Below are positions 8,069-17,233 of a DNA stretch of 28,028 bases, piece by piece. The notes below the pieces were generated by a model. The model did not search any database and was not told where the DNA came from. It was given only the letters and a program-made list of their open reading frames with translations. The stretch spans positions 1 through 28,028 of the IMG/VR virus record IMGVR_UViG_3300020044_005424. One strand, given 5' to 3'. A program made the translations under genes and the position numbers. Position 1 is the first letter of the stretch. The number at the start of each line of letters is the position of its first letter. This stretch comes from a virus (taxonomy: Duplodnaviria > Caudoviricetes).

Positions 8069-8511
8069 TTGTTTTGGTCGCGTTCTTGCGACTGCCCACT
8101 TATAGCAAGAGAAATGCTTCTGGCAAGAGCTGGATTGCGATATTCTTTACCAGTCCTGCGATAAGACTCGGAAATGCTCGGTGTTGCCAACCTACGACTC
8201 GGCGTACCAATGCTTGACGCTCTGCGTTTCGCACCAGCCGCCCTGGCATCGGCTTCCATTTGGGACATTAAATCGGCTTGGCTTGTGCCTGATACTGCTG
8301 TCGTTGCTTCTTGGCCAGTAGACGGACGAGAAACGCGTTGCTGTTTGAGAACATCAATGGCTTCTGCGAGCTTCTCAATGTTTCTGATGTCTCCTTCGAG
8401 TTTGTCGATAATGGCTTTAATGTCTTCATTATTTATGTTTTTCGATTGTTTTGCTCGATTCAGAGCCTTTTCTGTTCTGTCCCATGCTTGCAAAATTTGT
8501 TGATCAGTCAC
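8065..8511 (-). CDS. Probable C-terminal part of the large virion protein (frame open from about 8700)
   Basis: The frame stays open about 60 codons upstream of the GTG (NNLIKEFEETSRQELRDIFGYID...) and overlaps the end of the 1399-aa ORF in the -1 frame. Confidence 0.6.
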   Translation of the reverse strand: MTDQQILQAWDRTEKALNRAKQSKNINNEDIKAIIDKLEGDIRNIEKLAEAIDVLKQQRVSRPSTGQEATTAVSGTSQADLMSQMEADARAAGAKRRASSIGTPSRRLATPSISESYRRTGKEYRNPALARSISLAISGQSQERDQNK

Positions 8512-8687
8512 GCCACGGACATACTGTTGAAACTCTGGAGTCTCACGAACAATCTCAGATTTGCGGTTTTTTGATCTTTTAACGGAATTCCCAAGTTCTG
8601 CAAGCTCAACAATCTTATCGGTCGTGTCGTCAATGTATCCAAAGATGTCACGAAGCTCTTGTCTTGAGGTTTCTTCAAACTCTTTGA

Positions 8688-11600
8688 TTAGATTGTTTTG
8701 TCAACAACTCGCTTGCCAGTGGGTCTTACTCCAAGTTGCCTTGAACCCTGATCGGTAAAATAACCAAACGGAAGCTCGTAAATAACACCATTTGCATCTT
8801 GGAGGACTGGCCTCCCACCATCATCTACAACAGTACCGACACGACCTTGGAACTCAACCTCGCTTCCAACTAAATCAGAGATTGTTGGATCGACCGCCAT
8901 AGGTGGCTCTTTCTGGAACGCTAATGGCTTAAATTTGCCTTCCTGCTCGCCAATGTAAGCCCGAATGTCATTTGGCGTGATTGACCCACCTGCGCCAGAA
9001 CCTTGTACTTTTGACAATGGCACTTTTGACCTTTTAGCCAATTCAGCGGCAAGCCTTGTTGCTTTTGGTTTGCCTTGCGGCATGTATCTCGAGTCTTTAG
9101 AGGTGTCAACAATAGTCAACGCTGGAACTGTTTCTGGCAATTTTTCACCTTTGGCGTTTAACACACGCAACGCATCATACCTACTAGATCCTTCAAGAAC
9201 ATATGGATATTTGTCATTCTCCCAAACCAAAATCATTGGTGATTGAATTCCGTTTTTCTTTATTGATTCCGCCAGCTCTAATGTTTTTTCTTTTCCACCA
9301 ATAAAATATGTGGGATATTTTTTATCTTGAGTATCAATAATAAAGTCTATCGGGACATCTCTAGTCCCCATCTCTTCAAATTTATCTAGTGATGATGTAA
9401 TGGAAGAAACATTTGGTATTGGTTCTTTGTTTTTAGATGTTGGGAAATTCTTAATTTCATTAGTAATTTCTTTGTATCCAATCTTTTTGGGCGCGGTGCT
9501 AACATTATTTTGCTCTGGAGCAAGTTCACCATTTCGATTAAATCTTGGTGACTGGGGTATCAAGTTATCACGAAGGCTGTAATATGATGTAGGGCCGTAT
9601 GGGATAACAACATCGCCAGAAGTCTTGATTGCGCTTTGAAGTCGGTCAAATGCAAATGTTCGGTAGATACCAGTCACAAGATCTGGAGACACCTTCTGCA
9701 TCATTGGGTTGATTCCAAGTTGACGGGTTGTTTGTTGACCTTGAACGGAGTTGATAAAGTTCTTCCGTTTCTGCCAGTTCTTGGGATCTACGCTTTGATA
9801 GTAAGCATCAGTCGATCCACCCTTGTTTTGAATTTCAACGGACTTCTCAATATCTTCGTAGATTTTCTTGCGAGTAAGGTTTAGTTCCTTAGCAATCTTG
9901 TTTTTAACTGCGCGGTCAACATTCTTCTCAAGCTGGCGCAAGTCCATTGCCTCGAGATACAAGCGACCTTTTTTCAACACCCATTTCGTAGGAACTACAT
10001 AGTTCTCAGTAAGACCACCAAATTGCTCTGAACGACCTTGCTTGATTGGTTTATTGACAAGAAGAGTACCATGATTTACTGGAGCTTCAATTTCAGATTG
10101 GAGTAGTAAAGCCTTACCAAACTCGCCATTGTCAATAACACCAGCTTCCTCTAGTGCCTTTAGGTGGTCATCAGTAAGGATTCCTTCTCCGTTGCCGTTC
10201 TTGTCTGGAATAAGGACACCGTTTGGCAACTTCTCACCACGCGCTACGATTTGCTTATTAACTTGATCTAAAACGCTTGTCGCTTGATAGTGCTTAGGGT
10301 TATCGGATTTAACATCGACAACCTTCTGGACTCTCGCTGCTTTTGGCTTGCCAGCGGTTTCTCGGTACATTTGGCGCACCATCGCCTTTACTTCTGGCAG
10401 CTCCCTAAACCCGTCAGCAAGCAATCCTGTCCCCATCACCATGCGTCCACCGGCATCAGTGGCTCCACCCATCTTGAAGTGTAGGTTTTTGACAATAGGC
10501 GTAGCATTAAACAATGTTCTAAAGCTACCTTCAATGGCACGACGAAGTGGGGTTTTGCGGGACTCTTTGTAAAGATTACCTTTAAGAGTATCCTCTAGAA
10601 GCGTCTGTACACCTTGATCGGTGTAATACTCAACAGCAAGCTCATCCAAGGCCGCTGGTGTCATATCATTCTGCTCACGAAGGTTGTTGTATTCGTCTGC
10701 CCACGCTTTAAACTCTGGGTCTAAAGTTCCATCTGGATTACGAACAAGTCCTCTCTGCGTGTCATCTCCCAACATTCGAGCTACAATTGCGCTATCCTTT
10801 TGCCACACATGCTGAATCATGTGTCCAGCTTCGTGCATAGCCACCTCCTTCAAGAACCCAACCTTGTCGTTAATGTTTACAACGGCTTTTTGTCCAACAG
10901 GGTCAAACTTGTTATTGCCAGTAGTGTTGATTTCCCACTTGAACGACCCAGGGTATGCCGCATCAATGTTTGAAAGCGCATACCTAAAGTCACGGTCTTT
11001 TAGTCCATCGAACACGGCTATTTGGTCAGCATCCAGCTTATTTCGATAGTTGGTCATTTGGTCAATGTTGACCTGCTCCATGTCCTTTTTGCCACCAATG
11101 ACTCGGCCAAGTCCACCAAACACCAATGCATCACGGGCGGCGTATTTAAGCGTGTTTTCGTCAATTCCTTGAGAGTTAATCGCGTTGTATGAGAATGTAG
11201 CAGGTGCAGCTTGAGCAGTACCCTTAGCCATGCTCGCAAACCCTCTCACCAGCGGCGTGGAGTAATCACCAAGTGTGGCGACAGCCCTACCGATACCGCC
11301 AACACTTTCGTTTGCGGCCAAGCGGCGGAAGAACGGTGTTGAGCTACTCCTTTGGAGCAATTCCTCGCTAACCGCATTACCAAATTTTGACATCTTGCGA
11401 AGAGCTGGAACCGAAGCCATCAATCCAAGTCTTGCTCCGACATATCCTGCTGCCGCCTGTGGGAAAGGAATAGATAGCGTTGTAGCAATTAGAGATGGGA
11501 TTCTGTATCTAAATACACTTCTCTCCACTTTTCTCAAAAAGCCATTAACCCTAGCAACACCATTGCCAAGTTTTTCAGCACCATTTGCCATGCCTTTGGT

Positions 11601-12887
11601 TGCCCCAGACGCAACTGTGCGAACAGCATCTCCTGCCGTTTTAGCTGTATCCAAACCAATCTCAAGTTGATTTGCGGTCTTACTTACATTCTGGATGCCG
11701 TCATCAATAATTCCAAGGCGGGTTTGGACTGCTTGCGATTGAGTCGTTAGGTCATCCAGCTTCTTAGTAAGTTCTGTTGCTTTTTCCGTAGCCCCAATGC
11801 GAATCGCATCATCAAGTTGACCAGACACAGCCGCTGTCTCATCAGATAGTTTAGCAACATCGGCTAAAACGCTAGATCTAGCGGCATTGAGTTCACGACC
11901 ATAATTGACAATCTCAATTCCCCTTTTTGCTTGGTTTGCTTTGCGAACAGTTCTGATGATATTAACGCCAGCTCCAAGTCCAGCCGTAGCTAGACCTACA
12001 GCAATACCTGGCACATCTGCTGGAAGACTTGCGGCAGCGCGAACGCTGTTAATGTCCTCCTCGTATTTTTTTAGGCCTTGTTCTTCTCCAAGTTCAGCCA
12101 CATATTGAGATTTTGCTGACTGTTGCGCATCAAGAACTTGCTCCCCAGCCCCAATCAAACTTGCGGTTTCAACCGCATCCATGTCTTTTTGAGATCTTTC
12201 AATAAGAGCCAGCTTGTAATCCCTTTTTTTATTCAACTCGTCAGCTTGTTCTTGGGGTATATTACCCATAGACACAGCTGCGTTGAGTCTTTGCCTATCA
12301 ATAAACCTAGTTAACTTCGCTCCACTTGTTACCGCTGTCTCAAGAATTGAATCAATTGCTTCAGATTTCTTAGCGATGTCTTTTTCGTACGCTTGTTTTA
12401 TTGTCTCTGATTCAGATAAACTAGCAATTGGTGGAGTAACGAGTTGTCCTATGCCCTTGCCAATGGCTATAGCACCTTCACCAAATTCCTTGAATGCCTC
12501 TGTCCATGTTCGCTCTGGTTGCGCGTCAATCCCGCTTTTTTTGCGTATTGCGTACAACTCAGCTTTTTTAGGGTCAATGGCATCATCGCTCATCCCGCCA
12601 TCCAAATAAGCGGTAGGATCGGTAAGCTCGTCCAGGTTTGCAGTAAACGCTTCGCCCTTAGTGGTCATTGATCCATCCCTGTTGATGAATCCTTTGTCAA
12701 CCAGAGCCTTGTATCGACGACCCTCTGGAGTCAAGGTCTTCTCGTCTTGAGCTAACCCAAGACCAATCATATCTTGAATTGAAGATATTGGCCTAACCCC
12801 TTGTTCTCCAAATCTGGATGCAAGAAATTCGTTATTTCTTACTAGCACATCTTTTGCCAGCAATGCTTGATTTTCCTCTTTCGCCAT
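8688..12887 (-). CDS. Large internal virion/ejection protein, multi-domain
   Basis: Last and largest of three Ala/Gly-rich genes after the tail genes; contains HEAGH zincin-like motif, ParB-like segment and E3-binding-like segment. Confidence 0.7.
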   Translation of the reverse strand: MAKEENQALLAKDVLVRNNEFLASRFGEQGVRPISSIQDMIGLGLAQDEKTLTPEGRRYKALVDKGFINRDGSMTTKGEAFTANLDELTDPTAYLDGGMSDDAIDPKKAELYAIRKKSGIDAQPERTWTEAFKEFGEGAIAIGKGIGQLVTPPIASLSESETIKQAYEKDIAKKSEAIDSILETAVTSGAKLTRFIDRQRLNAAVSMGNIPQEQADELNKKRDYKLALIERSQKDMDAVETASLIGAGEQVLDAQQSAKSQYVAELGEEQGLKKYEEDINSVRAAASLPADVPGIAVGLATAGLGAGVNIIRTVRKANQAKRGIEIVNYGRELNAARSSVLADVAKLSDETAAVSGQLDDAIRIGATEKATELTKKLDDLTTQSQAVQTRLGIIDDGIQNVSKTANQLEIGLDTAKTAGDAVRTVASGATKGMANGAEKLGNGVARVNGFLRKVERSVFRYRIPSLIATTLSIPFPQAAAGYVGARLGLMASVPALRKMSKFGNAVSEELLQRSSSTPFFRRLAANESVGGIGRAVATLGDYSTPLVRGFASMAKGTAQAAPATFSYNAINSQGIDENTLKYAARDALVFGGLGRVIGGKKDMEQVNIDQMTNYRNKLDADQIAVFDGLKDRDFRYALSNIDAAYPGSFKWEINTTGNNKFDPVGQKAVVNINDKVGFLKEVAMHEAGHMIQHVWQKDSAIVARMLGDDTQRGLVRNPDGTLDPEFKAWADEYNNLREQNDMTPAALDELAVEYYTDQGVQTLLEDTLKGNLYKESRKTPLRRAIEGSFRTLFNATPIVKNLHFKMGGATDAGGRMVMGTGLLADGFRELPEVKAMVRQMYRETAGKPKAARVQKVVDVKSDNPKHYQATSVLDQVNKQIVARGEKLPNGVLIPDKNGNGEGILTDDHLKALEEAGVIDNGEFGKALLLQSEIEAPVNHGTLLVNKPIKQGRSEQFGGLTENYVVPTKWVLKKGRLYLEAMDLRQLEKNVDRAVKNKIAKELNLTRKKIYEDIEKSVEIQNKGGSTDAYYQSVDPKNWQKRKNFINSVQGQQTTRQLGINPMMQKVSPDLVTGIYRTFAFDRLQSAIKTSGDVVIPYGPTSYYSLRDNLIPQSPRFNRNGELAPEQNNVSTAPKKIGYKEITNEIKNFPTSKNKEPIPNVSSITSSLDKFEEMGTRDVPIDFIIDTQDKKYPTYFIGGKEKTLELAESIKKNGIQSPMILVWENDKYPYVLEGSSRYDALRVLNAKGEKLPETVPALTIVDTSKDSRYMPQGKPKATRLAAELAKRSKVPLSKVQGSGAGGSITPNDIRAYIGEQEGKFKPLAFQKEPPMAVDPTISDLVGSEVEFQGRVGTVVDDGGRPVLQDANGVIYELPFGYFTDQGSRQLGVRPTGKRVVDKTI

Positions 12888-12898
12888 TTTATTAAATT

Positions 12899-15067
12899 CT
12901 ATTCTCCAGACTGGAATCCTTGAAGAAACGATGCGTCAGCTTCAGCTTGACTTGATGGGCTTGTTGGAGTTGACCCTACAGTCACAAGTGGAGTTGATTC
13001 AATAATTTTGTCAATCTCAGACTGGATAACATACGGGTCTGCGTTTTGAGACTGCATTTTTGAAATAATCTTTGCTATTGTAGCTGCTCGTTCAGCATAT
13101 TTAAGCTTAAACTCAATGATCTTTTTGTTGCCTTCTGTGGTTTTGCCCATATTAGGTGACAGAACGGTTTTAAAGTAATCCATTTCACGATCACTAATAG
13201 CACCCTTAGTTAGAGCGATATTTCTCATGGCCAACTCACCAACGCGAGCTTGGAATTGTTCTTCATTGGAAACATCAGCCCCAAGTATCTTCTTAGCCGT
13301 CATTAGAGTTTGTCTGCCGAAACCAGTTTTTACGCTAGCGTCAAGCAGCCCGACAATTTCTTTAAATGGGGCAATATCTTGTGCCGCAGATACTCCAGTC
13401 GCTCTAACATCAGACTGCAATTGATCAAGATTAGTTAACCTTCTTGTTTCAAGCTCCTCTTGTGGAGTTTTGGTGTATCTTGGGGTTTGCCCGCCGGCGG
13501 TTACACCACTTACCGTGAAGTTTCCATCATTAGTGGGAATGGCATCCACCTTAAATCCTCGATCAGTAAGGTTTTTTACTTGTTCCGCGTTCATAATAGT
13601 CCCTTGTTGCTGTTGTCCACCACCAACTGGAACGCCCCTAACAATAGGTCTTTGAGCGGGTTGTGGTTGCTGATTAAGCCTTAGTTCAGTGGGCATTCCA
13701 CCACCAGCTTGCGCTGTTTGAAGGTTTTGTCCTTGCTCTATTTGTGATGCCAGATCTGATTGTTGAGAAGGTGTCATCCCAATTTCTGGTATAATCTCTC
13801 CAACTCTGGTTATTGAATCAGATAGATTTACAGTTGGCACAGATTGGCTTGTTTGAGATGGGCCTTGCGGTACTCCACCAGATTGATAGAACTTAAATCC
13901 AGATGCAATCTTCTCGTCTGGAATGCTTCCACGGAATCCTTCCGCTGATGCTGTAGTACGCATCCACTTGCCCATCCACTCTGGATCGTTTAGCTTTTCT
14001 TGAGTGATCACCTCGTCGGTATCCATTCCGGGTTGAACCGTGCGCCCACCCCACTTACCCTTCGTCCAGTAGTGACGCATTTCACCAACGGTTTTGCCTA
14101 CTGGTTTCATTTGCTTGAAGTGCGCCATGTTGGCGGCAATTCCAGATTCAATATTTGGGTAGTATCCTACGGGGTGTCCATCACCAATGACACCCTTTCC
14201 TGCAAGTCCATACTTTAAGAATTTCTCACTAGGATACGCGCCACCGGGGTTATTGTACCTATTGGGTGCAGGAACTCCATTGTATGGAATATTAACTTTT
14301 GGAATTGATGACTTAATAGAGACATCTGGAGTACCAACCATTGAGAGGGCATTAGATATTCCAGTTGCATCATACTGAGATGTTGGCTGAAGTTCCCCCA
14401 TGCCACCTTCTTCTCCACGGAAATACTTTTCTGTGTCTATGATTGGCCTTTTAGTATCATAGTCGTAAGCGTTTCCAAAATCGTCTTTCCATACCCTTTC
14501 TTTAATTTCCCGGCCACTTTCCGGGTCGAAGATAGAAATTTCACCCTCTGTTCTTTTAGCTGCCTCAGATTCAGCTGCTTGTTGTGCGGCTTGCTGCCTA
14601 ACACCAAGTTCTGCGGCTTGCATTCCAAGCCCAGCTTGGCGATATTCTTGATCAGCAGCGAACTTCTGTTGCTCAAATGACATGTTCGCCCTGTTGCGCA
14701 TTTCTCCAATGCCCATGTTGATAATACTCGCAGCCACCTCAGCTTCTGCGGCTCGATCATTTAGTGGGTTATTTTCGTCCTTAATTCTATTTCTTGCGCT
14801 TTCAAGTGGTTGAGCCAAGTCTGGGAACAATTTAATTGCAGCGTCGATTTGCAGGTCTGCTTGTTTAATGAGCTTCTTCTTCTCCCCCTGCTGCTTGAAG
14901 TAGTCGCCTGCGGTTTTACCTATGGCTTCCACACTTTTTGCTATACCCTCACCAGCACCCTCAATTCCCCTTGCGTACGCTTTTCCTATCTCATACGCAC
15001 CAGAGAAGTCGTATTTGAACGCATTTGGGTTAACTCCAGCACCTAATATGTTTCTTCCGCCGATCAT
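12899..15067 (-). CDS. Internal virion/ejection protein with putative lysozyme-like insert
   Basis: Q/A-rich helical N-terminus, RYNNPGG...YPNIESG motif, C-terminal KGAISDREM motif seen in podovirus DNA-transfer proteins. Confidence 0.6.
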   Translation of the reverse strand: MIGGRNILGAGVNPNAFKYDFSGAYEIGKAYARGIEGAGEGIAKSVEAIGKTAGDYFKQQGEKKKLIKQADLQIDAAIKLFPDLAQPLESARNRIKDENNPLNDRAAEAEVAASIINMGIGEMRNRANMSFEQQKFAADQEYRQAGLGMQAAELGVRQQAAQQAAESEAAKRTEGEISIFDPESGREIKERVWKDDFGNAYDYDTKRPIIDTEKYFRGEEGGMGELQPTSQYDATGISNALSMVGTPDVSIKSSIPKVNIPYNGVPAPNRYNNPGGAYPSEKFLKYGLAGKGVIGDGHPVGYYPNIESGIAANMAHFKQMKPVGKTVGEMRHYWTKGKWGGRTVQPGMDTDEVITQEKLNDPEWMGKWMRTTASAEGFRGSIPDEKIASGFKFYQSGGVPQGPSQTSQSVPTVNLSDSITRVGEIIPEIGMTPSQQSDLASQIEQGQNLQTAQAGGGMPTELRLNQQPQPAQRPIVRGVPVGGGQQQQGTIMNAEQVKNLTDRGFKVDAIPTNDGNFTVSGVTAGGQTPRYTKTPQEELETRRLTNLDQLQSDVRATGVSAAQDIAPFKEIVGLLDASVKTGFGRQTLMTAKKILGADVSNEEQFQARVGELAMRNIALTKGAISDREMDYFKTVLSPNMGKTTEGNKKIIEFKLKYAERAATIAKIISKMQSQNADPYVIQSEIDKIIESTPLVTVGSTPTSPSSQAEADASFLQGFQSGE

Positions 15068-15071
15068 GACT

Positions 15072-16133
15072 TTATTTGATTAGTGAGTAGTTAACCATCT
15101 TAATTCCGTTACGGCTAGATACTGCTTTGGGAATTTCTTTCTCAACATCTTGAGCCATAACTCCCATTTGAGTTTTATTGTCTCCCTTGTACTTGAATGT
15201 GTAAATTGGTAGACCCATCTTGGTTTCACCAATCTTTTCGATGTCTTTTTTGACTCGTCTATCTGATGCCGCTGATCCAATCCCTTGAGCAACCCCACTA
15301 ATAATATTACCAGTAGCACTTATTTTTGACGCGGAAACATTCGCTTTGTTTGCTTGAGTTGCAGTTTTAGCAGAAAGAACATTTCCACGCTCGGTCGCGC
15401 CAATGTTAAGAGCGGTGTCAGAGCTAAATAGTTGTGGCGTGCTAGCCCCAAGTGATTGCTGGGCAGATGTAAGATAGCTTTGACCAAGGGTAAGCCCGGT
15501 TGGCGTTTGGGTGATCAACTGCATCCCCGGAGTAGAATAGAATTGGGATGCTTGATTATAAGCGTTTTGTCGAGCCGTGTCAGCCTCTGTTCGTTTGCCT
15601 TGAAGGTACGATTCCCTGTTTAGAACCTCTTGAGCAATTGCAGCATTTCCACCAAGTCTTCCACTTGCGGCTGCTGCTTCCCTTGCTGCTTGTTGTGCTG
15701 ATCTGGTTTCCTCAGCGGTCAACCCTTGAGATAATCTATATGCGGCATTTGCCCGTTGTTGTGCTTGAGATACAAGTGATGCTTGCTCTGGAGATAGCGC
15801 CTGCATTACACCACGCGCTCCACTAGCGAGTTGCCCCTGCCCGTAAAGTTCACCCATGCGAGCTTGTTGGACTTGACTAACGCCCTGCAATCCAAGTTGA
15901 CCTCCAAGTTGGGAATACCCAGTGCCATATTGGCCAATATCTGATATATTTAGAGCAGCATATTGCGGTCGATATGTTCTCTCAAAATCAAGTACATCAC
16001 CTTGAGTTGATTTGTACGCACCAAGAAGTTTACTTATATCAGATGTTAAATCTCCTTGTGTTGCTTTTTCATAATCTACGGCGTAATCTGAACTACTGGT
16101 AGATCCAAAAAAACTATCTGATAGTGACGACAT
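15072..16133 (-). CDS. Ejection/pilot-like protein with C-terminal peptidase S74 (intramolecular chaperone) domain
   Basis: A/Q/G-rich body; ends SDRRVKKDI..IG....GLPIYTFKYK.....MGVMAQDVE...P.AV......VNY. Confidence 0.75.
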   Translation of the reverse strand: MSSLSDSFFGSTSSSDYAVDYEKATQGDLTSDISKLLGAYKSTQGDVLDFERTYRPQYAALNISDIGQYGTGYSQLGGQLGLQGVSQVQQARMGELYGQGQLASGARGVMQALSPEQASLVSQAQQRANAAYRLSQGLTAEETRSAQQAAREAAAASGRLGGNAAIAQEVLNRESYLQGKRTEADTARQNAYNQASQFYSTPGMQLITQTPTGLTLGQSYLTSAQQSLGASTPQLFSSDTALNIGATERGNVLSAKTATQANKANVSASKISATGNIISGVAQGIGSAASDRRVKKDIEKIGETKMGLPIYTFKYKGDNKTQMGVMAQDVEKEIPKAVSSRNGIKMVNYSLIK

Positions 16134-16142
16134 AACTTAATT

Positions 16143-16466
16143 TTATCTATTGAATTTTTTTATTTTAATCAGCCTAACTGCTGGCGAGTTCCTTGTGAGC
16201 CTTTGGAACGCAAAATACTTGTAGCTTTGAATAAACACTTGTGCCAGCGACTTGGGACTTCCAGAGAAGTATGTGACGAAAATCGTGTCGCAATCTGAAT
16301 CTTTTGATGGAACCATTGGGTCTTGAGACTTGCTGTAAAACCCAACCGCAAAAACATCATTAGTGCAAATAACAAAACCATGACATAGATGCCGAGACAA
16401 AACATCTTTAAGGTCTTGATTGTGTTTTTTGTAAAAGTCATTGGCTGATTCTAGTAATCTATTCAC
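16143..16466 (-). CDS. Hypothetical virion-module protein, possibly GNAT-like
   Basis: 107 aa, AT-rich; sits between tail and ejection genes, the position of T7 gp13/P22 gp14-like genes. Confidence 0.55.
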   Translation of the reverse strand: MNRLLESANDFYKKHNQDLKDVLSRHLCHGFVICTNDVFAVGFYSKSQDPMVPSKDSDCDTIFVTYFSGSPKSLAQVFIQSYKYFAFQRLTRNSPAVRLIKIKKFNR

Positions 16467-16483
16467 ATTGGATTGCCATGTTT

Positions 16484-17230
16484 TTATGCTGCCTCGTAAG
16501 TGCCGTTAATCTGAATAACATCACCTGTAAAGAAAGGAAAAGGTTGAAACCCATATATTGGATGATACACCGCATAATTCCCACTCGTTGATGTACACTT
16601 CACAAATGCAGTTGTTGTATTTTTAATAAACATTCCACCGGGATATGATGTGAAAGCTGACGAGTCATATAGAATAACATTTGCTATCACACCACGAAGA
16701 TCAGATGTAGCAGCTACTGGAAGCGTCATTTCGATTTCGCTTAATCCAGAGAAACTTGTCGTAGATCCATATGTAAACGATGCCCAAAAAACAACAGTGT
16801 TGCCAATTCTGGCATATTTACCAACTCGTACAGCATTGCCGACGGAACCACCACTTACCAATGTGAAAACTGGTGTGAATGAAACCCAATCCAAACTCAA
16901 CTTGCTATTTGTTACCGCTGAATTCGCAATTTTATCCGTAGTGATGTTTGAGTCTGGAATCTTAATTGTAGTTACTGCCCCATCTGCAATTTTTGCTGTA
17001 GTGATAGCTGAATCTGGAATCTTTGAGGTAGTTACTTGATTGTCACCAATCAATGCCGTCTTTATCCCGCTATTTGGAATCTGCATTTGGCCACCAGCAG
17101 TAATTTGAAGTCCTTGATTTGCAACAATAGCGTCACTAATGAACGACGATTCATCCATTATTTGGTTGAGCTTCGTAGATGTGATCTGCTCGTTGTTGGT
17201 AAATGTCCTAGATGTATTGACGACTGCCAT
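16484..17230 (-). CDS. Short tail fibre/needle protein
   Basis: ITSTKLN N-terminal attachment motif, about five 10-residue repeats (ITTAKIADGA), C-terminal GKYARIGNTV...GTYE receptor-binding-type head domain. Confidence 0.75.
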   Translation of the reverse strand: MAVVNTSRTFTNNEQITSTKLNQIMDESSFISDAIVANQGLQITAGGQMQIPNSGIKTALIGDNQVTTSKIPDSAITTAKIADGAVTTIKIPDSNITTDKIANSAVTNSKLSLDWVSFTPVFTLVSGGSVGNAVRVGKYARIGNTVVFWASFTYGSTTSFSGLSEIEMTLPVAATSDLRGVIANVILYDSSAFTSYPGGMFIKNTTTAFVKCTSTSGNYAVYHPIYGFQPFPFFTGDVIQINGTYEAA

Positions 17231-17233
17231 AAA

